A stretch of DNA of 64,000 nt from assembly GCA_963845755.1 (NCBI GenBank), contig CAWJTV010000026.1, forward strand, positions 163,846 to 227,845. The letters are read 5' to 3'. The position numbers and the translations under genes are program-made. The notes under the pieces were generated by a model that worked only from the letters and a program-made list of their open reading frames with translations, was not told where the DNA came from and made no database searches. Shown piece by piece: positions 43,001 through 54,387 of the stretch. The DNA is from an uncultured Planctomycetota bacterium. GTDB lineage: Bacteria > Planctomycetota > Planctomycetia > Isosphaerales > Isosphaeraceae. The stretch's first letter is position 1. Each line of letters opens with the position of its first letter.

Positions 43001-44260
43001 GACACGCAGGGCGCGTTCTCCTTCCCCGCCCAGTTCGAGCGCTACGCCATCGTCGCGACCCACGACGATGGCTATGCCCAGGTGAATCGCGAACCCGACC
43101 AGCAGGCCGGGGAACTGGCACTGAGGACCTGGGCCAAGGTTGAGGGCCGACTGATGCAGGCGGGCCAGCCCGTCCCTTCGGTCTGGATCAACTTCACGCC
43201 GCTGCGCCTTCCCTTCGCTGGATCACTCGACATCCCGAGCGGCGACTCGGTGAAAACTGATAGCGCCGGCCGCTTCCTCTTTCCGCGGGTCCCGCCGTTG
43301 AAGTCGAGCGTAACGTCGATGGTGTGGAGGGATCATCCGGTCAGCTCCGACCAGTCCACCCCGCTGGACCCTCGACCGGGGCAACGCATCGAGCTCGATC
43401 TCGGCGGCGCGGGGGCTCTGGTCACGGGCCGGGTCGTCCCATCCGGCGACCCGGCGCCGAAGCTCGACCTCCGCCGGACGCGAAATCACCTGTTACGCAG
43501 GGAACCCGGCCTCGAGCCACCGGCGGAGTTCCAATCGCTCGGATTCGATGCCCGGCGCGGCTGGAACTGGGCCTGGTCCAACACATCCGAGGGACTCGCC
43601 TATCTCCAGACCCTGAATCATTACTCCGTCACGCTGGACCAGGACGGCCGGTTCCAGATCAGCGGCGTCCCGGCCGGGGACTATGACTTTGCCGTCGCCC
43701 TCTACGATTGGACGCCCGTGGAGGGCGGCCTGGCCAGCCCGGTCGGGACCAAGGTCCTCCGCGTCCAGATCACCGAGGAAGCCGCCCGGAAGGGCACGCT
43801 CGACCTGGGAGCCATCACCGTCCCGGTCAGGCCGCGACTCCTCCCCGGTGAAACGGTCCCCGACTTCGCGTTCACCGCGTTCTCTGGCGAGACCGTGAAG
43901 CTCAGCGACCTGCGAGGACGATATCTTCTCCTCGACTTCTGGTATACCTGGTGCGGCCCGTGCGTCGACGCGCTACCGGCGGTGCGGAAGCTCCACGACG
44001 CGTATGGAGCCGACAAGCGTCTCGTGGTCCTCGGCCTGAATCTCGACGACGACCCGGCCAAGGCCCGGCAGTTCGTCAAGGACCATCCCTTGCCCTGGAC
44101 CCAGGGCTCCCTGGGCGGCCGGACCAACGATCCGGTCCTCGCGCGCTATCCGGTCAGCTCGGTGCCGGCTTACGTCTTGATCGGTCCCGACGGCAAGTTG
44201 ATCCGGAGTGGCCAGATTGTCGAGGAAATCACCGAGGTTCTCCGTCGTGCGCTGCCGTGA
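40084..44260 (+). CDS. BlaR1-like M56 peptidase with carboxypeptidase-regulatory-like repeats and C-terminal TlpA/thioredoxin domain (frameshift near 40845)
   Basis: TM helices, HEMAHIRRRD, AREELCD; G.V.D..GKP..G repeats; LLDFWYTWCGPC. Confidence 0.9.
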
Positions 44261-44349
44261 GAGCGGCGGCGACACTCGAACACTTCTGGCTTCCATCGCG
44301 CATGGCGAATCGAAGAGCCGCTCGGCGGGAACCGCCAACTGTGCGGGGC

Positions 44350-44377
44350 TTGTTCGGCCGAGTCGTCGTGTTACAAT
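44350..44377 (+). promoter_or_regulatory. Extended -10 promoter, probably giving a leaderless mRNA
   Basis: TTGTTC-16 bp-TACAAT with TG.; ATG only 6 nt downstream and no RBS. Confidence 0.55.
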
Positions 44378-44383
44378 GACTCC

Positions 44384-44623
44384 ATGAGTACCATCAGCGT
44401 TCAGGACCTTCAGCGCGACCTCTTGACCTTCCTCCGCCGCGTGGAGGCGGGCGAATCGTTCCTGATCGTCAGCGGCGCACAGACGCTCGCGGAAGTCCGA
44501 CCCGTAACCGCGCCGGTCACCGAGCCGCGCCCGTTCGGCTTGTGCGCCGGCCGCTTCACCGTGCCCCCGGACTTCGATCGCCCCTTGCCCGACGACGTCC
44601 TCCAGGAATTCGAGCGGACATGA
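44384..44623 (+). CDS. Phd/YefM family antitoxin
   Basis: LRRVEAGESFLI...RPFGL..G.F.VPPDFDRPLP. Confidence 0.9.
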   Translation: MSTISVQDLQRDLLTFLRRVEAGESFLIVSGAQTLAEVRPVTAPVTEPRPFGLCAGRFTVPPDFDRPLPDDVLQEFERT

Positions 44624-45012
44624 GGCTTCTACTCGATACCCACGTCTTCCTCTGGTACATCAGTGCCGATCCACAGTTGCCCGTGGTCTTCCGGGACGCG
44701 ATCCGTGACCCCGCCAATGAGGCATACCTGAGCGTTGCCTCGGTGTGGGAAGCCGTCATCAAGTACGCCTTGGGAAAACTGCCTCTCCCGAAGGCGCCAG
44801 CAGAATACCTCCCACAGCAACGTGAGGCTCACCGGATCGCGACCTTGCCGATCGAGGAAGCGGCCTTCGCGCACCTGGCGAGTCTGCCTCCCTTGCACCA
44901 CGACCCCTTCGACCGCATCCTGATTGCGCAAGCGCTCCAGCAGGGCATGACGCTGGTCACGGTTAACGACTTGGTTCGGGCGTACCCCGTTCCACTTCTA
45001 CCGAGTGCCTGA
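44620..45012 (+). CDS. vapC: PIN-domain toxin
   Basis: MRLLLDTHVFLW...SVASVWE...HHDPFDRILIAQA. Confidence 0.93.
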   Translation: MRLLLDTHVFLWYISADPQLPVVFRDAIRDPANEAYLSVASVWEAVIKYALGKLPLPKAPAEYLPQQREAHRIATLPIEEAAFAHLASLPPLHHDPFDRILIAQALQQGMTLVTVNDLVRAYPVPLLPSA

Positions 45013-45097
45013 GGAACGAGTCGGGAATGGCAACGATTGACCTGGCCTGACGTCGCAGTCGCCAGGACGATACGCTGGGAACAGCCGGTAAAGTTCC

Positions 45098-46176
45098 GTG
45101 AATCCGTCGCATCCGAGGCGACTTGTGACTCATCAACCCCAACTCGCTCGACTCGCCTGGTGGAAGCGCGTGCGGTTCCACGTGCGCGGGTTGATTGTCT
45201 TGGTCTTGTTGATCGGCGGCGGCCTGGGCTGGGTGGTTCGCAGCGCCCACGTCCAGCGCGGCGCGGTGGCCGCCATTCAACGGTCCGGCGGTTCGGTCCT
45301 GTACAACTGGGAGATCGAGGATGGTGAAGAAATTGCCAACGGCAAGCCATGGGCCCCGAAATGGCTGGTGGACCTGATCGGGATCGACCACTTCGGCCAT
45401 GTCGCCGATGTCGATCTTGGTGGCTGCGGGTCCGATGCGGATCTGGTCCACGTCCGCCAACTCAGCCAGCTCGAGACCTTGAGCCTCCTGGATTCGTCGG
45501 TGACTGACGCTGGGCTCGCGCGCTGAGCGGGCATTCCAACCTCCAGTCTTTGAACCTCTCCCGCACCAGAATCACCGCCGCGGGCCTGGCCCACCTGAAG
45601 GGTCTCCCACGACTCGAGCAGCTCTTGCTCAGGGACACTGCGGTTGGCGGCGCGGGGTTGGCGCATCTGGAGGGATTGGCCCGCCTCAAGGAGCTAGATC
45701 TCGACAGGACTGCGGTTGACGATGCCGGGCTGGCGCATCTGAAGAATCTGACCGGCCTCTTTTCCCTGTCGCTCAACGGTACTCAGGTCGGTGATGCCGG
45801 GCTGTTGCACTTGCAGGGCCTTACCGAGCTCGGGAACATCTGGCTCGCCAACACCGAGGTCGGCGATGCCGGATTGGCGCACCTCACGGGGATGAGGCAC
45901 CTTAGGGCGCTGATCCTCGACGAGACTCGGGTTAGCGACGCCGGATTAGTCCATCTCAGGGGACTCACCCGCCTCCAGTGCCTGCACTTCAGGTGGACCC
46001 GAATCAGCGACACCGCGGCTCAAGAACTGCTGAGGGCTCTGCCGAAGGTCCACATCATCCGCATCATCCGCGGGCCGTCCGGAGATTACTTTGCCGAGGA
46101 TACGTCCTCCGGACCGCGGGATCCTCGCTATTCGCTGATGAGCGAAAGCTTGAAACCGGCTCAATCGGCCCGATAG
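45098..46176 (+). CDS. Membrane-anchored leucine-rich repeat protein (broken near 45520)
   Basis: RFHVRGLIVLVLLIGGGLGW anchor; ~24-aa L.L..T.V.DAGL.HL.GL repeats. Confidence 0.85.
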
Positions 46177-46590
46177 ACGACCCCCCAGACCTTCCGCAAG
46201 TCGGCACACCCCTCGTGGAAATCGCGGGAGAAATCCGCGCTGGATCGAGGACAGTGTCCAGGATAGCTCGAAGTAATCGCCTGGAGTCCTGACGATTGGC
46301 AAGATGTGGTCGTTATAGCGGTCATCCTCGAGGGCGTAGGCCAGCTCGCGCTTGACCCACTTCGAGTTCAACGCGTTCTTCGACAAGACCAGGAGGAACC
46401 AGTTGCATCGCCGGAGCGCTCGTCCGATCTCGTCCTGCCACTGCTGAGTCCCGAGGATGCGAGTCGGCGCATACCAACTGGCAATTCCATGGCGGTGAAG
46501 GACGGCGACGATTCTTTCCACGAAGGCGCGGTCGCGGCTGGAGTGGGAGACGAACACGTCGGGCCGCGGGGCACGATGTCTCCTGGCCAT
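46161..46590 (-). CDS. Stand-alone TIR domain protein (frameshift near 46238)
   Basis: DVFVSHSSRD...IGRAL...LVLSKNALNSKWVKRELAYA. Confidence 0.88.
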
Positions 46591-47013
46591 CAGGTGTTTC
46601 CCTCGACCACGAGTTCCAATCGCTCGCTGAAATGGTCGAGTGCGGTCTTGATCTGGCGGATCGCCCTCGAGAGGTCCTTACCCACGCGGATCCCCTTCTG
46701 GGTGTGAAGGAACCAAGGGACATCGTCGGTCGGCTCCAGATAGACCGGGAGCACACGATGCGCGAAATTCGTGGAGAGGAGCGCGTGGTCGATCTCGCGA
46801 CGGACTTCCTTGGAATCCATCGACGCGGGTGAGACCAGCACGATCATCGCCTTGCACTCTTTGAGGGCCTTGTCGATGTCCCTTCCCCAAGCGGTTCCTG
46901 GGGTGAGCTCGAACTCATCGAACCAGATCTCATGGCCGGAGTTGTGCAGTCCGTTCGACGATCTTTCGGGCGAGGTCCCGGTCCGGTCGCGCATAGCTCA
47001 GAAAGACTTTCAT
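46590..47013 (-). CDS. Stand-alone TIR domain protein (frameshift near 46950)
   Basis: MKVFLSYARPD...WFDEFELTPG..W..DIDKAL...VSPASMDSKEVRREI. Confidence 0.88.
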
Positions 47014-47237
47014 CGGAGGGTTCGCCCTGTGGTTGTGGCGATCGAATGCGGCTCGTCGTAGGTTATTCTCCGAGACGACGATGGCACCGTCAAGCTCCGG
47101 TCCAGGACGCGGACGGGCTCGCTGTGGTGATGACCACGTCAGTTTCAGTTCTCGCCGAAAAAACCTGTATCGCGACGACCGGCCGTGGGAAATAGATAGG
47201 ATGAACACGATCGGTCCACGCGTGCGGAGGGATCACC

Positions 47238-50200
47238 ATGGCGAGTCCATCGGCGGGGGAGATCGGGCGGCAGCTTGGCCGGCTCTTCAGCGCGGGCAGC
47301 GCCGTCGGCTTGACCGACGGCGAGCTGATCGCACGATTCGCCGACCGGCGGGGCGATTCGGCCGAGGCCGCTTTCGAGACGATCCTGGCGCGCCATGGCG
47401 GCCTGGTCTGGACCGTTTGCCGGCAGGTGCTCGGCGACGTGCACGCGGCAGAGGACGCCTTCCAGGCCACCTTCCTGGTGCTGGTGCGCCAGGCCGGATC
47501 GTTGCGAATTCGCGAGAATGGCTCGCTGGGACCGTGGCTGCACGGGGTGGCCTACCGGGTCGCCTTGAAGGCGCGTCAAGGGACCGCCCGGCGCCGGCGC
47601 GAGAGCATCGGGTCGCGAAGCCGGCGGTCGAGGGCGTTTCTGCCGCAATCGAGGACACCGAGCATCAGGCCCTGCTCCATGAGGAGGTTAACAGGCTACC
47701 GGCAAAGTACCGCGCCCCCGTAGTGCTCTGCTACTTCGAGGGCCGATCGCACGACGAGGCCGCCGCGGCGCTGCGATGGCCGGTGGGGACCGTCCGCGGC
47801 CGCTTGAGCCGGGCCCGCGATTTGCTCCGGAGCCGCCTCAGTCGCCGCGGCCTGGTGCCGGCCGGCTGGATCGGAGCCACGGCGCCCGAGACCATCGCCC
47901 GGGCCGAGGCCGAGGCCCCGGCGGCGTTGCGGTCCGCGACCGTCGCCGTCGCGATTCGTGGCACGCCGGCCGCGGGTGTGGTTGGGCTGACGAAACTCAT
48001 GCTCAGGAGCCTGTTCATGGCACGGGCCAAGATGGCCGCGGCCGCGCTCGGCTTCGTCCTGATGGCAGCCGGCCTGGGGCTTGCCCTGCGGGATGTACTC
48101 GCCACATCGACGCCCCAGCGGACCGATCTCGTACCGTCCCGCGCCGCCACGGATCAGCCGCAACCGCCCCCGATCGATCGTCCGGAGGACCTCCTGCCGA
48201 AACACGCTCGGAGGCGATTGGGGAGCGCCGGATTCCACCACGGCAGCACGGTCAACGAGGTCCTTTACACTCGCGACGGCCGGTTCCTGGTGACGGCCGA
48301 CATCAAACGCGTCGTCAGCGTCTGGGATCCGGCCTCGGGCCGGCTCCTCCACCAGATCCGCCTCTCCGGTGACCTCTTCGACCGGATCGCCGTTTCGCCC
48401 GACGGCACGACGTTTGCGACGACCGAACCCAATCCCGATCACCCGCTCCGGCTCTGGGACGTGGCCACCGGGCTCGAGCGACGGCGATGGCATGTGAAGG
48501 GTAGTAGTCAGAGTCCCGCCTTCTCGCCCGACGGCCGGACGCTTATGACCGACGAGGGGGAGTCTGATCCGACCACCAAACAATGGGTCAACTTCCTCGG
48601 GATGTGGGACGTGACGGCCCCCACCGAGCGCCGTCGCAAACTCGTCGGGAAGTTCGGGGGCTTCCAGATCTCCCCCGACGGCCGAACCCTGATCGTGATA
48701 GGAACCCGGAACCCGCAAGGTGCCATCGACGGGAGTTTGTACCACATCTGGGACCTCACCGCGGGTCGGGAACGGTCCCCGCTCATGGTTGACGGGCTCA
48801 ATTTCTGCTCCTTGAGGTTCTCTCCGGACGGCAAGTTGCTGCTGGGCGCGCTCACGGATGGGACGATCCGGGTCTACGACCCCGCCACGGGCCGGGAGCG
48901 GCCGCCGCGGCTAGGGCCGGTCCCGCGGATCCCCGCCGGGCCGGCGGCCGGCGAGGCTCCCGCCGCGGCGGGCCGACCGATCGTGATGGCGTCCATGACG
49001 TTCTCGCCGGACGGGGCGATCCTCGCGACGGCCTCGACGATCAACTCCGGCGTGTTCCCTTGGTGGGGCGCCATCCACTTCTGGGATTTCGCCCGTGGGA
49101 AAGAGCTGCACCGGACCCCGACGTTCCGCCGGGGCGCCAGCTCGCTGTCGTTCTCGCCCGACGGCAAGCGGCTGGCCGCCGCGGTGGGCTGGGAGCCGAT
49201 CGTCCGATTCTGGGACGTGGCCACCGGCCACGAAGTCTCCCCCCCGGCGGGACACGTCCAGGGGATCACCGCCCTGGCCGTCTCGCCGGCCGACTCGACG
49301 ATCTTCACCGGGAGCAAGGACGGCATGATCCGGCGATGGGACCCGGCATCCGGGCGCGAACTGGGCCTGATCACGCAACTCGATGATGGGGGGCTTGAGC
49401 TGGCGGTCGCGCCCGATGGCCGGACGCTCCTCGCCAGGAGCGGTCGTTCTGGAGAATCGGTGCTCTGGAGTGTGGCGGAGGGGCGCGAGGTCTGGCGCCT
49501 CGGAATCGCCAATCGCGTCGGCGCGCGCTACAGCGGCCCCTGGGTCGCCTATTCGCCCGACGGCCGGACCGTGGCCGCCGAACGGACGGTCTGGGATGTC
49601 GCCACCGGCAAGGCGCTGATCGTCCTCCGTCGCCGGAGGAGGCCCAAGCGGTCATTCCCGGCTCGAGTATCTACTTGTATACATCCGATGGAAAACGGCT
49701 GATCGTCGTCGAGGCGGGGATCGCTCGCATCTGGGATCTCGGCTCGGGACGAGAGGCGCGACCGGCCATCCGGATTGATCCGAGCCCGGAGCTACCCCGC
49801 AACCGCTCGGCCGACACTCGGGCCGCCCTCTCGGCGGACTCTCGATTCCTGGCAACCTGCGGCTCCGCCGACGGATTCGCCTGGAGGAGGGGAAAAACAG
49901 ACCCGACGATCCGGATCTGGGAGCTCGACTCGGGTCAGGAGGTCACGACGCTGCCGGGGGAGGAGGGTTCGGTCAGTGGACTGGCCTTCTCGCCCGACGG
50001 CCGCTTGCTGGCCGCGCATGGTGGGGTCAGGCCCACGAAGCGGTATGCCTCCGAGCCCCAACCGCAAGACCGGATCATCCGGGTCTTCGACCTCGCCAGC
50101 GGCCAGGAGTCGCGCCGACTCGAAGGACACCGGGGTACGGTCAATTCCATCGCCTTCACACCCGATGGCCACTCGCTCGTCTCCGGCAGCGAGGATGCCA

Positions 50201-50568
50201 CGGCACTGGTCTGGGACGTCTCCGACTTGAGGGGCCAGATGACGCGCGACGAAGCTCCGAATCCCGAATCACTCCAGGCCCATTGGAACGCTCTGGCCGG
50301 CCAAGACGCCCGCGCCGCCTATCGGGCTACCTGGGCCCTCAGCGTCTCGTCGGCCATGAGGTTTCTCCGCGATCACCTTCGACCCGCCAAGGCTGTCGAG
50401 CCAATCGCTTCGCCCGAGGTCTTGCGCACGGTTCGCGCTATCACGGCGCTGGAGCGGATCAATACGCCCGAGGCCCGAGGCGCGATCGAGCGCCTGGTCC
50501 AGGGCCATCCGGACGCCGTCGGAACGCGCGAGGCGAAGTTGACCCTGGATCGCTTGAACCCCAAGTAG
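47238..50568 (+). CDS. ECF57-like sigma factor fused via TM to WD40 repeats (frameshifts near 47600 and 49650)
   Basis: GLTDGELIARF...AEDAFQATFLVL...LRWPVGTVRGRLSRAR; WD40 repeats; R.I.ALERI.TPEAR C-terminus. Confidence 0.9.
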
Positions 50569-50622
50569 GTCAGGCTTTCCAGCCTGACTTCGTTTTTCCT
50601 CAGGCTGGAAAGCCTGACCTAC
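50565..50622. repeat. GTAG-type REP doublet / probable bidirectional terminator
   Basis: GTAGGTCAGGCTTTCCAGCCTGA...TCAGGCTGGAAAGCCTGACCTAC inverted pair between convergent genes. Confidence 0.85.
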
Positions 50623-51158
50623 GCGAGCCGTCCCAACCGCTTGCGCACGATGTTGATGTGATGCCGCTCGTGCCCGGCAATCGCGTAGACGAGGGCTCGA
50701 ACCGACATCGGATGGCCATTGGCGACACCGCTCCGGAGCCAGGCTTCGTCGTCCAGACCGCCGAAGAACAGGAGGTGCGACCGGCGGACGACCTCGAACT
50801 CCTGTACGAGGCTGGTCATCTTCCGCGCGTCGAAGTGGGCGACCTGGACATACGGGTTCTCGTCGAACCCGGGCAGCGCGGTCGGATCGTTGCGGGCGAA
50901 GCGGAGGGCCCGGTACCCGAAGATCCGCTCGCAGTCGATCAGATGTCCGACGACCTCCTTGAGGCTCCAGGTATACGGCGCATGCCGCGTTTCCGCCTCG
51001 GCCTCGGAGAGATCCCGGAGCAAGGCGACCGTGTCGTCGATCTGTCCCTCGAGTATCGTGAGGATGTTCCCTTCCGGCACGAGCCCGATGTACGCTTCAT
51101 AGGACGACGCATATTCGGTTATATCGGGCCTTGATGGTATCGGCGTGCCTTTGCTCAT
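50619..51158 (-). CDS. DinB family protein
   Basis: WSLKEVVGHLIDCERIFGYRALRFAR, LPGFDEN, IAGHERHH. Confidence 0.92.
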   Translation of the reverse strand: MSKGTPIPSRPDITEYASSYEAYIGLVPEGNILTILEGQIDDTVALLRDLSEAEAETRHAPYTWSLKEVVGHLIDCERIFGYRALRFARNDPTALPGFDENPYVQVAHFDARKMTSLVQEFEVVRRSHLLFFGGLDDEAWLRSGVANGHPMSVRALVYAIAGHERHHINIVRKRLGRLA

Positions 51159-51287
51159 GGCGATGTCTCCCAATGGCGCTGGATTCTCGATCCCAGCCGA
51201 ACGGGGGCCATCGCCGATTATACCAGATTGACCTTGCGAGAGTGATCGGATGCGTAAGCCCCTTCGAGCTCGACGATCGCTCTCCGC

Positions 51288-52856
51288 TCATCGCAGGCTA
51301 CGGGCGGGGGCGGCGATCCGTCCGTTGGATTCCCCGGTCAGGAAGGGTATGCTGGAATACTGCGACGCATCATCCCCGCTGAAGTCGGTGAAATCGAGTT
51401 TCAACAGCGCCGAGATGATCTTGCCCGCCCATCGATAGACGTTGTTCTCGGCCACGACATCGCGCATCCGTCGCATCCGACGACTGCGCTCCTCCTGGGG
51501 CATGGAGATGGCCTCGTGCATGGCCTCGGCCAGCTCCTCGACGGCGAACGGGTTGACCAGCACGGCGTCGGTCAGCTCGCGGGCGGCGCCTGTGAATCGG
51601 CTCAGGATCAGGACGCCGTCGTCATCGAACCGGCTGGCCACGAATTCCTTGGCGACCAGATTCATCCCGTCGTGCAACGAGCTGACGACGCAGAACCGGG
51701 CCAGCCGATGCAGTGCCATCATCTCGACCTGGCCGAAGTGGCGCTTCTCGTACACGATCGGCCGCCACGAGTCGGTACCCCACTTCCAGTTGACCTCCTC
51801 GACCAGCTCGTCGAGCTCGGAATCGAGCCGTTGATACTGACGACTGCGCCCGCGGCTGGGGACGGCGATCTGCGTGAAGACCAACCGGCCGCGATACTCG
51901 GGCCGGTCCTCGAGGAGACGATCGATGGCGCGAATCCGCTCGGGAATCCCCTTGGTGTAATCGAGCCGCTCGATCCCGATGCCCAGGATCTGTCCCTTGA
52001 GGTTCAGCCGATGCCGCCACCGCTGGGCCTCGCGCTCGACTTCCGGGCTGTCGGCGGCCGCCGAGTGGCCCTCGAAATCGATGCTGATCGGGAACGGCCG
52101 GACCTGGGTGGTACGGCCCCCGCGCGTTACCTCCGTGTCCTCACGGTCGATCCGCGCCTCGAGGTTGCGGTTGACGGTCTCGAGGAAGTTCTGACAATGC
52201 TGGCGGAGGTGGAAGCCCAGGAGGTCATTGCCGAGTAACCCTTCGAGCAACTCATCTTTCCAGGGGAAGGCGCGGAACGTCTCCGAATTCGGCCAGGGAA
52301 TGTGCCAGAACTGGGCCACGATCAGTTGCGGATTGCGCTCCTTCAACATCCGTGGCAGCAGGCCGAAGTGGTAATCCTGGATGAAGACGATCGTGGGACG
52401 ATCCCCGGTCTCCTGGATGATCGTCTCCGCGAACTGTTCGTTCACCTCGCGATAGACCTGCCAGTGACGAAGGTCGAAGGTCGGTCGGGTGAAAACGATG
52501 TGACAGAGGGGCCAGAGTCCGCTGTTGGCCAGGCCGTGGTAGTATCCCTCTTCTTGCTCCTTGGTCAACCAGACCCGGCGCAACGTGTAGTGAGGATCTT
52601 CGGGCGGCACGCGGACGCGGTCATCCGCATCGGTGGTCAGCCGGTCGGCGTCCCCGGAGCCATGCGCCACCCAGGTGCCGCCGCAGGCCATCATGATCGG
52701 GTCGAGGGCCGTCGCCATCCCGCTGGCCGGCCGCGCGCACTCGATCTCATCGCCCGCAAAGCGATGGATGTATGGCTCGCGGTTGGCAACCACGATGAAT
52801 TGATAATCACGCAGCCGATTGTCGATCAATTCATACAAAGCGTTTCTATCCCACAT
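51288..52856 (-). CDS. otsA: Trehalose-6-phosphate synthase
   Basis: VANREP, LWPLCH, QDYH, HIPWP, ERLDYTKGI, DGMNLVAKEF. Confidence 0.95.
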   Translation of the reverse strand: MWDRNALYELIDNRLRDYQFIVVANREPYIHRFAGDEIECARPASGMATALDPIMMACGGTWVAHGSGDADRLTTDADDRVRVPPEDPHYTLRRVWLTKEQEEGYYHGLANSGLWPLCHIVFTRPTFDLRHWQVYREVNEQFAETIIQETGDRPTIVFIQDYHFGLLPRMLKERNPQLIVAQFWHIPWPNSETFRAFPWKDELLEGLLGNDLLGFHLRQHCQNFLETVNRNLEARIDREDTEVTRGGRTTQVRPFPISIDFEGHSAAADSPEVEREAQRWRHRLNLKGQILGIGIERLDYTKGIPERIRAIDRLLEDRPEYRGRLVFTQIAVPSRGRSRQYQRLDSELDELVEEVNWKWGTDSWRPIVYEKRHFGQVEMMALHRLARFCVVSSLHDGMNLVAKEFVASRFDDDGVLILSRFTGAARELTDAVLVNPFAVEELAEAMHEAISMPQEERSRRMRRMRDVVAENNVYRWAGKIISALLKLDFTDFSGDDASQYSSIPFLTGESNGRIAAPARSLR

Positions 52857-53174
52857 GGCTCGTTCCTTTCGAGTAGAATCGGCCACTCCTTGCCGCGGGG
52901 ACCGTACGCAAACGTTTTCCGGACCGTCGATTGTGGCGAATTCCACAGCATCGCCGCTCGAGCGTTCTCTCAGGATGGTGTTCTCCGATTCCGGACAAAC
53001 GATTTCCTGTTCGTGTCTCTATGCAATTGAGAGGCCGATCTACGGAAATGCCGCGCAATGGCCCGCGCGATGGGCCCGCGATGATGAGAACCGCGCCAGG
53101 CTCGAATGCATCCAAACGCCCGACCCGCTAGAATGAAAGCCGGCGTCTTTCCCCTTCAGGCAACGGCTCATTGA

Positions 53175-53648
53175 TTGGTGACGATCGTGGAAACATCCAA
53201 TCCCGAAGGGCAGTCCTCGGCCCACGAGACCGCCCGTGATCCCGCCGGCGATGAACTGGGAATCGTCCTGAGCCGCGACCTGTTCTTCACGGAACGGGTG
53301 ACGGCGACGGCCGAGGCACTCGGATACCGGATGCAGCGAATCGGCGAGCTGGCCCAGGTCGAGGTGGTGCTTCAGGAAACGCGGCCGCGGATGATCGTCC
53401 TGGACCTGACGGCGGGCGAGCTGGTCGCGCCGGCGGCCGTGGCCGGCTACCGGCAATTGACGGATCCCGGTACGTGGTACATCGCCGTCGGCCCGCACGT
53501 CCAGGCTGACCTCCTGGAGGCGGCCCGACAGGCGGGCTGTCAGGTGGTTCTGCCACGCAGCAAGTTCTCGGCCGAATTGCCCGCGCTCTTGCGGCGGTAC
53601 TTCAGCCGCGCGCGGACGGGCCGGAGCCGTCGGCCTGAGAGGATGTGA
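53175..53648 (+). CDS. Atypical single-domain response-regulator receiver
   Basis: beta/alpha pattern with IVLDL and AARQAGCQVVLPRS; canonical acidic pair and Lys not conserved; start uncertain. Confidence 0.7.
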   Translation: MVTIVETSNPEGQSSAHETARDPAGDELGIVLSRDLFFTERVTATAEALGYRMQRIGELAQVEVVLQETRPRMIVLDLTAGELVAPAAVAGYRQLTDPGTWYIAVGPHVQADLLEAARQAGCQVVLPRSKFSAELPALLRRYFSRARTGRSRRPERM

Positions 53649-53883
53649 AAGGAGCGGAGAGAGGATTCCCCATTCCCAGTTCAAGATTCCATAAATACAA
53701 TGAGCTATGCAAGCAAGGTGTATATCGATTCCCTATCTGGAATTCGCGAGTTTGAAGTGAGGGTCGCAACGACACCGGGCGATCTCGTCCCCACGCTCGC
53801 GGGCGGGGACGAGGATCCGCCCGGGGGAAGCCGGGCTGATCTCGATTTCCTATCCGCGAGGACACGGGCGGGCCGGGGTGACC

Positions 53884-54387
53884 TCACGCGGGACTTCGCG
53901 AGCGGCCGCGACTCCGGCGCATGGGTTCGATCTCGTGCGGCGGCGCCGTGTAGACGGGCGAATCCGACGACATGGGAGGGGGAATGATCGGCAGGAGCCG
54001 GTACGACTCCTCGACGATGCGAGCCACTCCCTCGGCCATCGGCGAGGCGAGGAGCAACCGGAACTTCTCGAGCAGTTCTTCCCCCCGATCCCCCGACGGG
54101 ATGCGCCCTCCCGTCAGGACCGGCATCATCGCAGACATCGCCATCGCGGCCTCACCGGCCTCCCCGGTCGCATCCTGGGTCGTCAGCGGCGTGATCTCCA
54201 GCAGGGCCTCCAGAGGCACGCCCAATGCCCGGGAAATCCGCCGCAAGGTCCCCGCCTGGGGTTTGCTCGTGTTGCCCCGCTCGATCTGATACAGGGCCGT
54301 TCGCGAGATCTTGGCACGACTGGCCAGCTCGTCGGGCCCCCAGCCCTTCGCGTAACGAAGATCCCGGATTCGCTTCGACAATTCCAT
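53884..54387 (-). CDS. XRE-family HTH regulator
   Basis: RIRDLRYAKGWGPDELASRAKISRTALYQIERG...ISRALGVPL. Confidence 0.9.
   Translation of the reverse strand: MELSKRIRDLRYAKGWGPDELASRAKISRTALYQIERGNTSKPQAGTLRRISRALGVPLEALLEITPLTTQDATGEAGEAAMAMSAMMPVLTGGRIPSGDRGEELLEKFRLLLASPMAEGVARIVEESYRLLPIIPPPMSSDSPVYTAPPHEIEPMRRSRGRSRSPA

Noticed and set aside
45098..47013. Split Toll-like receptor (LRR + TIR)
   Set aside because: The genes are convergent, not co-transcribed, and this LRR type is a common paralog family; adjacency alone is insufficient
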